Assembly: GCA_029261875.1 (NCBI GenBank)
Contig: JAJDAL010000003.1
Coordinates: 58,815-122,814 of the forward strand
Source of the DNA: Deltaproteobacteria bacterium
GTDB taxonomy: Bacteria > Myxococcota_A > UBA9160 > JAJDAL01
Length of the DNA: 64,000 bases
Direction: 5' to 3'
In this document: one piece after another, positions 27,365 to 36,585 of the stretch
Layout of the letters: every line of letters begins with the position of its first letter
Numbering within the stretch: the stretch's first letter is position 1
Notes under the pieces: model-generated
Databases searched by the model: none
What the model was told of the DNA's origin: nothing
The model's input: only the letters and a program-made list of their open reading frames with translations
Position numbers and translations under genes: made by a program

Positions 27365-29071
27365 ATGATCCGCGTCAGCGCCCTTGCCACGGTTTGTGTC
27401 ACTTTCCTCGTTGCGTTTCCGGATCCGTCGTCGGCCCAAGACGCGGAAGTACCGGAAGTACCTGAAGCGCAGGAAGAAGATCCGCTCGTGGGCGAAGCGG
27501 AACGCCTCGAGGAGAAGTTCGAACGGCTACTCGCGCAACGCAAAGAATTCGAAGCGAAGATTCGCGGGGCGACGGGTGAGAATCTCAAGGTCCTCGAGGA
27601 GCAGAACTGGCAGCGCCAGATGGAAGTGCACGCGACCCTGCACGGCCTGGTCGACAATCTCGTGCGCCGCGAGAAGGCGAATCAGGATGCCTCGGACCAG
27701 CGGGCGCGTCTCCAGAGCGTCTTTCGAAACGGCTTCAAGCAGTATCACGGTCTGGTCGAATTCTGGCAGGATCGCGTCGAGTCCTTGCGCGCCGGAGGAA
27801 ACGCGGAGGAGCGCGACGGTTTCCAGCGCGAACAAGCCATCGCCAACGCCGAACGAAAACTCCAGGCCGTGTTTCGCGTCGAACTCGAAGTCATCGACAT
27901 GATGCAGATTCTCGAAGTCGACTCGACGCGTGCCGAGGAGTTGGCCGCGGAGGATATTTCGAACCGCGCTTCGACATTGGCCGGCCGTATTGGCCTGACG
28001 AAAGAATCTCTGGAGGAACTCATCGCACGGTTGGAAGCGAATCCGGAAGACGCCGAGACGAAGTCCGGGATTCGCCTGCTCGAAGAATCACTGGACCGCG
28101 ATACCGACAATCTCTCGTCCACGGTCGCCCTGATGTCGCGCCTCGATCTGGAACGCGCGCACTATCAACAGCTCTTGATCGAAACGACCGGCGAGGTGAC
28201 ACCGGCGGTGTTCGATTCGGAAGTGGCGTTCGGGTTGTTGAGGAGTTGGCGAAAAAGTCTCGTCGAGGAGATGCGGACCCGCGGGCCCGGGTGGTTGCTG
28301 CGATTCTTCATGTTCGTCGTGATCCTGCTGGTGTCGCGAACCATCGCTGTACTGATGCGCCGAATCGTTTCGCGCGGCGCGCGATCGTCGCGATTCAACT
28401 CGTCTCAACTGTTGCAGGATACGTTGGTTTCCTGGTCGGCTCGCATCGTGATGATGGTCGGGTTCTTGATCGCGCTTTCGCAGCTCGGTATCGAAATCGG
28501 GGCGCTGTTGGCGGGCCTGGGAATCGCGGGTTTCGTGCTCGGTTTCGCACTTCAGGATTCGCTATCGAATTTTGCGGCGGGGGCCATGATCCTGATCTAT
28601 CGCCCCTTCGATGTGGGAGACGTGGTGGAAGCGGCGGGGGTTTCCGGCACGGTCAATCAGATGAGCCTGGTTTCGACCACGATCATGACCTTCGACAACC
28701 AAACCTTGATCGTTCCGAATACGAAGATCTGGGGCGACGTGATTCGAAATGTCACCGCTCAGAAGACGCGGCGGGTGGATCTGACGTTCGGCGTTCGATA
28801 CGGGGACGACATCGATCACGTCGAACGCGTGATTCGCGAAGTTCTCGCGCAACACGATTCCATCTTGGCGGATCCTCCGCCGACCGTGGAAATCCATTCC
28901 CTGGGTGAATCGTCCGTCAACTTCATCGTGCGTCCCTGGGCGAACACCGTAGATTATTGGCGGGTCTATTGGGACCTGACGCGGCAGGTGAAGCAACGCT
29001 TCGACGCCGAGGGGATTTCGATCCCCGCCCCGCGCCGCGAAATCCACGTGCGATCGAACGGATTGCCCTGA
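27365..29071 (+). CDS. MscS-family mechanosensitive channel with large N-terminal periplasmic coiled-coil region
   Basis: Signal peptide; GFALQDSLSNFAAG..RPFDVGD, DNQTLIVPN, RRVDLTFGV. Confidence 0.92.
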   Translation: MIRVSALATVCVTFLVAFPDPSSAQDAEVPEVPEAQEEDPLVGEAERLEEKFERLLAQRKEFEAKIRGATGENLKVLEEQNWQRQMEVHATLHGLVDNLVRREKANQDASDQRARLQSVFRNGFKQYHGLVEFWQDRVESLRAGGNAEERDGFQREQAIANAERKLQAVFRVELEVIDMMQILEVDSTRAEELAAEDISNRASTLAGRIGLTKESLEELIARLEANPEDAETKSGIRLLEESLDRDTDNLSSTVALMSRLDLERAHYQQLLIETTGEVTPAVFDSEVAFGLLRSWRKSLVEEMRTRGPGWLLRFFMFVVILLVSRTIAVLMRRIVSRGARSSRFNSSQLLQDTLVSWSARIVMMVGFLIALSQLGIEIGALLAGLGIAGFVLGFALQDSLSNFAAGAMILIYRPFDVGDVVEAAGVSGTVNQMSLVSTTIMTFDNQTLIVPNTKIWGDVIRNVTAQKTRRVDLTFGVRYGDDIDHVERVIREVLAQHDSILADPPPTVEIHSLGESSVNFIVRPWANTVDYWRVYWDLTRQVKQRFDAEGISIPAPRREIHVRSNGLP

Positions 29072-29078
29072 CGAGGCA

Positions 29079-30140
29079 CTAGGCGGGACGGTTGAGCAAA
29101 CCGTCGAGAACGCGTTCCACCAAAGCAGCGCCGAGCCAGGAACCCAAACCCAGTGCGACGTAGAGGCCCAGGCGGAAATACGTCGACAGGTCGAAGGGCC
29201 AGGTGGGCGCCGCCGCGATGCGCTGTTCGTAGGCGATCAGATTGGCGAGCTGCAGATCGACCGGGCCTCCGAGGGTCTTGGACTCCAATCGGTTTCGCTG
29301 CTCGCGAATCATCTCTCGAATCCGTTCCAGCTCTTCCTCTTTCCGGGTTCGAATCCGATAGTGGATTCCCTGTACGGGCAACATCAAAGCGCCCAGGGAA
29401 GCGGCAACGAGCAGGAATTGCGCGATCACCATGATCGATCGCGGCCAGGGCGCGATGAGTTGAATCGACAGGATCGATGCAAAAACCATCAAGAGCAGGA
29501 CGTTTCGCAAGCCCACCCGTGTGAAGGGACGCAAAGGGCCCAGGTCCAACAGGTCGATTCGAGTGCTGAGGGCTCCGAGTCGTGCGAATTGGCCCGAGAC
29601 GTTGAGCGTGATGTAGACACTGACGAACGCAAGCCAGCCCGTCAGCGTACTTCGAACCAGGTGCAGCGACATCACCGGATCCGTGAGGGTCGGGCGTCCA
29701 TCGGCCCAATACGCCGGCAAGAACGGGAGCGCCAATCCGAACACGAGCCCCGCGAGACTGACGATCGTGAAGGGTCGGCGGTTCACCGCTTCGAGGCGTT
29801 GGCATTCGGAGTCGAATTGCTCGGGCGTGTGGTTCAAGAGCGGTCGTAGATTCAGCAAATCTCGGCGTGCGCCGCGCAAGGCATAAGCGGCTGCGCTCGG
29901 GAGGTATCCGATCATGACGGACGCGTGAAGTTCCCACCACGGCCAAGGTGTCGTCCACCAACGGTCCCCATTGCTCGCTGCCTGGGCGGGCCAGCCCACC
30001 GCGAAGGCGTACGCGATGAACAGGAGATACCAGCCAACAATCAGGATCAGACCGCACACGCCGGGGTTGAGTCCCGATTTCTTCCAGATGCGCGTGATCA
30101 GCGGGATGTGGAATTGCGGTGCGGCGGTTGTTTGCGCCAT
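29079..30140 (-). CDS. Hypothetical polytopic membrane protein
   Basis: 353-aa ORF with about 7 hydrophobic segments, co-oriented and 27 nt downstream of the sulfatase-like gene. Confidence 0.7.
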   Translation of the reverse strand: MAQTTAAPQFHIPLITRIWKKSGLNPGVCGLILIVGWYLLFIAYAFAVGWPAQAASNGDRWWTTPWPWWELHASVMIGYLPSAAAYALRGARRDLLNLRPLLNHTPEQFDSECQRLEAVNRRPFTIVSLAGLVFGLALPFLPAYWADGRPTLTDPVMSLHLVRSTLTGWLAFVSVYITLNVSGQFARLGALSTRIDLLDLGPLRPFTRVGLRNVLLLMVFASILSIQLIAPWPRSIMVIAQFLLVAASLGALMLPVQGIHYRIRTRKEEELERIREMIREQRNRLESKTLGGPVDLQLANLIAYEQRIAAAPTWPFDLSTYFRLGLYVALGLGSWLGAALVERVLDGLLNRPA

Positions 30141-30167
30141 CGCTGCAATCTAGCTCGCGATCGGCAT

Positions 30168-31553
30168 CTATTCGACGTAGCCCAGGGAGCGCAGGCGTTC
30201 TTTCAATTCCGCCGGCATGTCTTTCGGGGAGCCAAAGTGCGGTACGCCCTCGCGCCTCTCGAGAGTTTCATGGTTGTCGAGAAAGACCTGGAACTCGCCC
30301 ACCCAGGTGGGGTTCTCGTGGATTTCGTTCGATTCCTCGCCTGGATCCACTCGGAGGTCGAAGGCTTGGGTCCGCGGCAACACAGGCTCTGCGCGGGGGG
30401 AATTGCGCACCAGTTTGCGACTCTTCGCACGAACCGCGGAGCGAAGCTTCACCCCGTTCTTGAAAGTCTGACTCAAAGCCATGCGATCGCTTCGCATGCG
30501 TCCCTCCATGACGGGCAGCAGACTCTTGCCGTGGGAATCCGCGGGAAGGGTCAAACCGACGCGGTCCAGGATGGTGGGAAGTACGTCGATGCTTCGAACC
30601 TGGGCGCGCACACGTTTCTCGGGATAGGTGCGCAGGGGATCGTGGATGATCAGCGGAACCCGAAGGAGTTCATCGTACAGGGTGTGGCCGTGGCCTCCGA
30701 GATAATGGGAAAGCCGCTCGCCCAGCTCTTCCCCGTGATCGGAAAGGACGACGATGAGTGTGTTCTCGCGCCGCCCGGTCTCTTCGAGGACTTCGAGCAG
30801 GTTCCCCACATGGCGGTCCGCCATCGCGACGCCTCCGTCGTAGAGTGCGTTGACGTAGTTGCGCTCGGTGACACCGGCTTCGAGCTCTCCGGCCGCCAGG
30901 CGGCCCACGTCGCCGGTTTCGAACGTCACCGGGAAGTCGCCGCGCGGAATGGCTTTGGCGTATTCCAGGCGTCGGTAGGGGAGGTGAACTTCGTAGGTGT
31001 GAAGGAATAGAAAGAAGCGTTGATCGCCGGCGGCGTCGCGCAGCCAATCCTGCGCCATGGAGAAGGTCCGATCGATTCCGGGGCTCAAGCTGTCGCGCGC
31101 GGTGACGGGCGTTTCTTGTTCCCACCAATAGTCGAATCCGCGATCGAATCCGTAGATGCGGGAAAGCTCGCCGCCTTCGGTAAAGGCCACGGTTTGGAAG
31201 CCGCCGTTCTTCAAGCGGGAAACCAGCGATCGCAACAGCACACGATCGAAATCGCGGCGCGTGGGAAAGCGGCCGCTCAGTGTCGCGGCAAAGGAGGGGC
31301 GCGTTCGCGCGCCGTAGCTGATGGTGTTTTCGAACAGCACGCCTTGCTCGGCCAGTCCGTCGAGGGCGGGGGTGGGGCGAGCGGCCCCGTAGGCACCCAC
31401 GCGATCGGCCCGCAGGGTGTCGATGGCGATCAGGATCACGCCCCGAAGCGGATCCGGCTCCTCGCCGCACCCGACCCCGAGCAAGAGGGCGAGCAGCGCC
31501 CCACAGGCCGGGAGCCGAAATCGGATGGGTTTAAATTTACTTAACAAAATCAA
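30168..31553 (-). CDS. Sulfatase-like lipoprotein with TRPSF motif
   Basis: Lipobox GVGC, DTLRADR, ARTRPSFAATLSG, HTYEVH, SDHGEE, LRSLGYVE. Start uncertain. Confidence 0.85.
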   Translation of the reverse strand: MILLSKFKPIRFRLPACGALLALLLGVGCGEEPDPLRGVILIAIDTLRADRVGAYGAARPTPALDGLAEQGVLFENTISYGARTRPSFAATLSGRFPTRRDFDRVLLRSLVSRLKNGGFQTVAFTEGGELSRIYGFDRGFDYWWEQETPVTARDSLSPGIDRTFSMAQDWLRDAAGDQRFFLFLHTYEVHLPYRRLEYAKAIPRGDFPVTFETGDVGRLAAGELEAGVTERNYVNALYDGGVAMADRHVGNLLEVLEETGRRENTLIVVLSDHGEELGERLSHYLGGHGHTLYDELLRVPLIIHDPLRTYPEKRVRAQVRSIDVLPTILDRVGLTLPADSHGKSLLPVMEGRMRSDRMALSQTFKNGVKLRSAVRAKSRKLVRNSPRAEPVLPRTQAFDLRVDPGEESNEIHENPTWVGEFQVFLDNHETLERREGVPHFGSPKDMPAELKERLRSLGYVE

Positions 31554-31560
31554 TAATTTA
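31548..31560 (+). promoter_or_regulatory. IHF consensus site in an AT-rich divergent promoter region
   Basis: AATCAATAATTTA matches WATCAANNNNTTR exactly; TTGACA lies at 31581-31586. Confidence 0.55.
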
Positions 31561-31611
31561 TAACCTTTTTTGCGCCGTGGTTGACATCCGGCTCAAGTCT
31601 TACAACACTCC

Positions 31612-31627
31612 ATCCGCATAAACGGAT
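31612..31627. promoter_or_regulatory. Palindromic operator candidate upstream of ahcY
   Basis: ATCCG-CATAAA-CGGAT inverted repeat between the TTGACA box and the ahcY RBS. Confidence 0.45.
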
Positions 31628-31670
31628 ATATGGCTTAGCCGCCCAACTCAAGAAGCATGTGAGGAGCATC

Positions 31671-33119
31671 ATGACCCAGTCGATTCCGCCCTTCAAAGTC
31701 GCCGACCTATCCCTGTCCGAACTCGGTCGCAAAGAGATCCGATTGGCGGAACACGAGATGCCCGGTTTGATGTCTCTTCGCGAGCGCTACCAAGGTCAAT
31801 CGCCCTTCGCGGGCGTCAAGATTATGGGCAGCCTTCACATGACAGTGCAAACCGCGGTGCTGATCGAGACCCTGACGGCACTCGGCGCCGATGTCCGCTG
31901 GGTGTCCTGCAACATCTTCTCCACCCAAGACTCGGCGGCGGCGGCCGTCGCCGTGGGGCCCGAGGGAACGCCGGATAACCCCAAGGGCATTGCGGTCTAC
32001 GCCTGGAAGGGAGAAACCCTCGATGAATATTGGTGGTGCACCAGCGTTGCGATGCGTTGGCCCGATGGATCCGGTCCGGACCTGCTGGTCGACGACGGTG
32101 GCGACGCGACGCTCCTCATCCACAAGGGCTTCGAATTCGAGAAAGCCGAGAAGGTTCCCGACTTCAACGCGGAAACGGACTCCGAGGAATGGGGCGTCAT
32201 CCTGGAGCTATTGAAATCCGAGCTCGCCGCCAACCCGAAGCGCTGGCACGGCGTCGCTGGAACCTGCCGCGGCGTTTCCGAGGAAACGACGACGGGCGTG
32301 CATCGCCTGTATCAAATGGAACAAGCCGGCGAGTTGCTGTTTCCCGCCATCAACGTCAATGATTCCGTCACCAAGAGCAAGTTCGACAACATCTACGGCT
32401 GCCGCCACAGCCTGCCGGATGGTTTGATGCGCGCGACGGACGTCATGTTGGGTGGCAAGGTCGCCGTCGTGTGCGGCTTCGGTGAGGTGGGAAAGGGATG
32501 TGCCCAATCGCTGAAAGGGCAGGGTTGCCGCGTGATCGTCACGGAGATCGACCCGATCTGCGCCCTGCAGGCCGCCATGGAGGGGTACGAGGTCAACACC
32601 CTCGACAACGTGGTGGAGACGGCGGACATCTTCGTCACCACGACCGGGAACTTCGACATCATCACCGCCGCGGACATGCAGCGCATGAAGGACAAAGCGA
32701 TCGTCGGCAACATCGGTCACTTCGACAACGAGATCGACATGGCGGGCCTGAAGAAGATCGAAGGCGTGCGGCGCAACAACATCAAGCCCCAGTACGACGA
32801 GTGGATCTTTCCCGACGGGCATTCGATTCTGATTCTCGCCGAGGGACGACTGCTCAACCTGGGCTGCGCGACCGGGCATCCCTCCTTCGTGATGTCGGCG
32901 TCCTTCACCAATCAGGTGCTCGCTCAGCTCGAGCTGCACCAGAACGGCGGGCAATACGAAAAGAAGGTCTACGTGCTGCCCAAGAAGCTCGACGAGGAGG
33001 TGGCGCGGCTCCATCTCGTCCAGCTGGGCGTCCAGCTGACCCGCCTCACGGATGAGCAGGCGAGCTACATCGGTGTGGACGTGGACGGTCCCTACAAGCC
33101 GGAGATGTACCGCTACTAA
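31671..33119 (+). CDS. ahcY: Adenosylhomocysteinase (SAH hydrolase)
   Basis: GAGGAG RBS; [70 protein letters not shown]. Confidence 0.98.
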   Translation: MTQSIPPFKVADLSLSELGRKEIRLAEHEMPGLMSLRERYQGQSPFAGVKIMGSLHMTVQTAVLIETLTALGADVRWVSCNIFSTQDSAAAAVAVGPEGTPDNPKGIAVYAWKGETLDEYWWCTSVAMRWPDGSGPDLLVDDGGDATLLIHKGFEFEKAEKVPDFNAETDSEEWGVILELLKSELAANPKRWHGVAGTCRGVSEETTTGVHRLYQMEQAGELLFPAINVNDSVTKSKFDNIYGCRHSLPDGLMRATDVMLGGKVAVVCGFGEVGKGCAQSLKGQGCRVIVTEIDPICALQAAMEGYEVNTLDNVVETADIFVTTTGNFDIITAADMQRMKDKAIVGNIGHFDNEIDMAGLKKIEGVRRNNIKPQYDEWIFPDGHSILILAEGRLLNLGCATGHPSFVMSASFTNQVLAQLELHQNGGQYEKKVYVLPKKLDEEVARLHLVQLGVQLTRLTDEQASYIGVDVDGPYKPEMYRY

Positions 33120-33446
33120 TTCAGACGCGCGGGAGCTTTGGCGAGCGCCGGGTCTCGTGGCACGGAACCCCGCGCTCGTACTCGTGCGTACCGAAGCGGG
33201 CGGGCACCCGTGGCGACGAGATCGGAAACCAGAGTGAGTTCGGTCTCGAGGACGGATCCGAGACGCGGCAGCCCGCGACCCCGACCTGTTCGGGCAGCGA
33301 GAGGATTCGCTGACGTGTCGGGTCGCCAGGGCGCGAAAAGCGGCGACGAGCTCGCTCATCGGATCAACATTTTCAAATATTTCGATACATCAATGTTTTA
33401 AAAAGGCCGTGCGCTTCCCCTATGATGGGCGCCAAGGGAGGTCGCC

Positions 33447-35330
33447 ATGATCAAGGGATATGCGGGTCGAATTCTGGAAGTGGATCTGACCCAACGCACC
33501 CATCGCTTCGTACCCCTCGACGAGGACGTCGCGCGCCTCTACATCGGCGGGAAGGGGTACGGAACGCGACTCCTCTACGACCGCACGGAAGCGGGCGTCG
33601 ACCCGCTCGGGCCCGGGAATGTGCTGATCTTCGCGACGGGTCCACTCAACGGTTCCGTGGCTCCGCAATCCAATCGCTTTGCCGTCGTTTGCAAAAGCCC
33701 GCTCACGGGTGGCATCGGCAATGCGACCTGCGGCGGTTCCTTCGCCCTCGGGATGAAGAAGGCCGGGATCGATCTCCTCGTCCTGACCGGGAGTTCGGAT
33801 CGTCCGGTGCGCCTCGACGTGGATGGCGACGCCGGCAGCGTCGATTTCATCGACGCGGGGGATCTCTGGGGAAAAGGGACTTACGAAACCCAGCAGATCC
33901 TCGGCAAGAAGAAAAATCACGCGGTGATCGGGCCCGCGGGCGAAAACATGGTGCTGTACGCGGGCATCGTCTCCAATGAACGTATCGCCGGTCGCACGGG
34001 GGTCGGCGCGGTCATGGGATCGAAGCGGCTCAAAGCCATCAGCGTGACGGGCAAGCGCAAGCTCGAAATGGAAGATCCCGAGGCCTTCCGCAAATACACC
34101 AAAGACGTTCGCGAAATGTTCAAGGACCACCCGGTGCTGGGCGAGAGCATGAAACGCTTCGGCACCGGCGCCATCGTGAACACCACCAACGGGCGAAACA
34201 TTCTTCCCACCCGCAATTTTCAGCGCGGGTCGTTCGATGATGCCATCAAGATTTCCGGCGAGTACATGGAAGACCACGAACTCAAGGGCGTGAAGACTTC
34301 CTGCATTCACTGTCCCGTGACCTGTGGTCGCGACGTCGAGGTCGAGGGGGTCGGGCGTGTAAAGGGACCGGAATACGAAACCCTCGCGCTGCTCGGCAGC
34401 AACCTCGAAATCGGCAACATCAAGAAGGTTTCCGAATGGAACTACCTCGCCGACGACATGGGGATGGACACGATCAGCTTGGGCGCCACCTTGAGCTTCG
34501 CCATGGAGCTCCAGGAGCGGGGCATGTACTCGGCGGGCCTCGAATTCGGTGATCCCGCCGGTGTGTCGGAGATGATTCGCGACATCGCCCACCGCAAGGG
34601 TGCGGGCAATGACCTCGCCGACGGCACCAAGCGGATGGCGGAGAAGCTCGGCGGGTCGGAATTCGCGATGCACGTCAAGGGCCTCGAACTGTCCGCCTAC
34701 GACCCGCGGGGTTCTTTCGCCCAGGGCGTCGAATACGCCACCACGAACCGCGGCGGATGTCACGTCCAGGGTGCGAGCATGTACATGGAGTCGACGGGCC
34801 CCATCACCATCAATCCGCAGAGCTTGAAGCTCAAGGCGGAGATTCCGATCGTCCAGCAGAACCTCGCCTGTGCGATCAACTCGATGGTGCTGTGTATCTT
34901 CACCACCTACGGGATGGTCCCCAAGGCGGGACACAACCTCGATCCGAATTCGTTTCTCTACAAGGTCATCACGACTGTCTTCGAGAACAGTGGCCCCATG
35001 ATGCGCACGATGATGAGCATCAAGGGCAGGCCGATGATGTGGTTCGAGAAGTGGCTCACCTACATCACCGGCGAGAATTTCTCGAGCGGCCACTTGCAGG
35101 AGATGGGCGGCCGCATCTTCAATCTCGAGCGGATGTACAACTTGCGCGAAGGCGTCGGCCCCGAATCGGATACCTTGCCCCACCGAATCCTCTACGAGCC
35201 CACCTTCAAGCACATGAAATCCGGCCATCCCCTCGACCAGCTACTGCCGCGCTACTACAAGAACCGCGGCTGGGACGCGGGCGGCGTGCCCACCCGCCGC
35301 ACGCTGGACAAACTTCAGGTGTCGGTCTGA
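33447..35330 (+). CDS. Aldehyde ferredoxin oxidoreductase (AOR) family, W/Mo-pterin enzyme
   Basis: GYAGRILEVDL, KSPLTGG, IGPAGEN, GRTGVGAVMGSKRLKAI, CIHCPVTC, GPEYET, GMDTIS, KGLELSAYDPRG, YYKNRGWD. Confidence 0.95.
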   Translation: MIKGYAGRILEVDLTQRTHRFVPLDEDVARLYIGGKGYGTRLLYDRTEAGVDPLGPGNVLIFATGPLNGSVAPQSNRFAVVCKSPLTGGIGNATCGGSFALGMKKAGIDLLVLTGSSDRPVRLDVDGDAGSVDFIDAGDLWGKGTYETQQILGKKKNHAVIGPAGENMVLYAGIVSNERIAGRTGVGAVMGSKRLKAISVTGKRKLEMEDPEAFRKYTKDVREMFKDHPVLGESMKRFGTGAIVNTTNGRNILPTRNFQRGSFDDAIKISGEYMEDHELKGVKTSCIHCPVTCGRDVEVEGVGRVKGPEYETLALLGSNLEIGNIKKVSEWNYLADDMGMDTISLGATLSFAMELQERGMYSAGLEFGDPAGVSEMIRDIAHRKGAGNDLADGTKRMAEKLGGSEFAMHVKGLELSAYDPRGSFAQGVEYATTNRGGCHVQGASMYMESTGPITINPQSLKLKAEIPIVQQNLACAINSMVLCIFTTYGMVPKAGHNLDPNSFLYKVITTVFENSGPMMRTMMSIKGRPMMWFEKWLTYITGENFSSGHLQEMGGRIFNLERMYNLREGVGPESDTLPHRILYEPTFKHMKSGHPLDQLLPRYYKNRGWDAGGVPTRRTLDKLQVSV

Positions 35331-35596
35331 TGTCGGTGACCGTCGAGTTCACCTACGACATGACCAAAGCCCTCGGCGAGACGCGGATCTCCCTCGACGG
35401 AGTCGGGACCGTTCGCGAAGTGGTCGCCCAGGTGCGGGATCGTTTTGGTGCCGAACGCGGAGAGGAATTCGAACGCCTCACCCACACGGCAGCGGTGGCG
35501 GTCAATGGCGTCCTGGTCAATCACCGCCGCGGAATGAAGACACCGCTCGCGGACGGGGACAAAGTGAGCTTCGTCAAATCCGCCTCGGGCGGCTGA
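35330..35596 (+). CDS. MoaD/ThiS family sulfur carrier
   Basis: 88 aa ending in SGG; TGATG overlap with AOR. Confidence 0.9.
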   Translation: MSVTVEFTYDMTKALGETRISLDGVGTVREVVAQVRDRFGAERGEEFERLTHTAAVAVNGVLVNHRRGMKTPLADGDKVSFVKSASGG

Positions 35597-35633
35597 CGGC
35601 GTCCGCCGCCCGCCCGCCCGCGCGTTCCGTAGC

Positions 35634-36545
35634 CTAGGGACCGAAGGTTCCCCACTGCGTTCCAAGCGCCGTCACTGGGTCGAAGGATCCGGTGGGCGTC
35701 GAGGCATTCAGTAGATCGCCGTCGGTGAAGTGTTCGACCGTGTGGCCCCAGGGGTCCTGCCAGTAGTCGTAGATCTGGCTTCCCAGCACGTGGCGTCCGA
35801 TGCCGGTCTTGTGTTGGTATTCGCCGCCTTTCAGGTGATCGTGTCCCACCATGAGACTGTCCATGTCCGTGACTTCGAACGCGGCGTGGTCGAATCCGAC
35901 CTCACCCAGTCCCACACACAGCAGCGTGTGATGGTCTACGTACTCCTGGCCGCGGTCGCAGCGTAGAAACGCGGTCACGACTTTCTCCGGGTCTCCCAGG
36001 TAGATCTCATCCGAAGGGAGAAACCCGAAACGCGAGCGATACCATTGCTCGCTCTGGCGGAAGTCCGACACCCGCACGACAGCATGCCCCAGGCGAACGA
36101 CCTGAGACGGACCGGGTTCGATTCGTTGCAGCTTGCCCAGGCGTCCGTGTTCGTGACCGGAATTGAAGGGTTGTGCCGTTCGGAGCGGACGCGGTGCGAC
36201 GCTTTGGCGACCGTGAACGATCTCCACATTGAAGCCGTCGGGGTCCGTGAAGCGCACCCGCGAGCCCCCGCCGGGCTCGTCGATGGATTCGATCGCCGAC
36301 GCGCCCGGTAGCTTCGCGGCCGCCTCGAGATCCGCTGCACTGGCGGCATAGAAACCGAAGCCGCGAAATCCCGCTTCGCCCTGCTCGGTGGCGTGCAACC
36401 AGGGCGATTCGCTGGCCCCACGCATGTAGAGCGCCGTATCGGTTCGTTCCGCTCGCTCCATGCCGAAGTCGAGCAGGAAGGTTTCCATTTGGTCGAGGTC
36501 GGGCGCGGAGAAGCGCACCCAAGCGATATCCGTGACCTTGATCAT
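35634..36545 (-). CDS. VOC-family extradiol ring-cleavage dioxygenase-like protein
   Basis: Two VOC domains; LGHAV, DHHT, HAAFEV, GIGRHVLGSQIYDYWQDPWGHTVEHFTDGD. Confidence 0.88.
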   Translation of the reverse strand: MIKVTDIAWVRFSAPDLDQMETFLLDFGMERAERTDTALYMRGASESPWLHATEQGEAGFRGFGFYAASAADLEAAAKLPGASAIESIDEPGGGSRVRFTDPDGFNVEIVHGRQSVAPRPLRTAQPFNSGHEHGRLGKLQRIEPGPSQVVRLGHAVVRVSDFRQSEQWYRSRFGFLPSDEIYLGDPEKVVTAFLRCDRGQEYVDHHTLLCVGLGEVGFDHAAFEVTDMDSLMVGHDHLKGGEYQHKTGIGRHVLGSQIYDYWQDPWGHTVEHFTDGDLLNASTPTGSFDPVTALGTQWGTFGP

Positions 36546-36585
36546 TGTTCGTTCTCCTCTTTGATGCGCGTTGGGCGCAGGGCGC

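Noticed and set aside
31581-31670. SAH or SAM riboswitch upstream of ahcY
   Set aside because: The leader is short and I could not find the conserved riboswitch core.
33120-33446. Moco/Tuco riboswitch upstream of AOR
   Set aside because: The conserved Moco-RNA sequence elements were not recognisable, and the AT-rich promoter-like patch lies downstream of the structured region.
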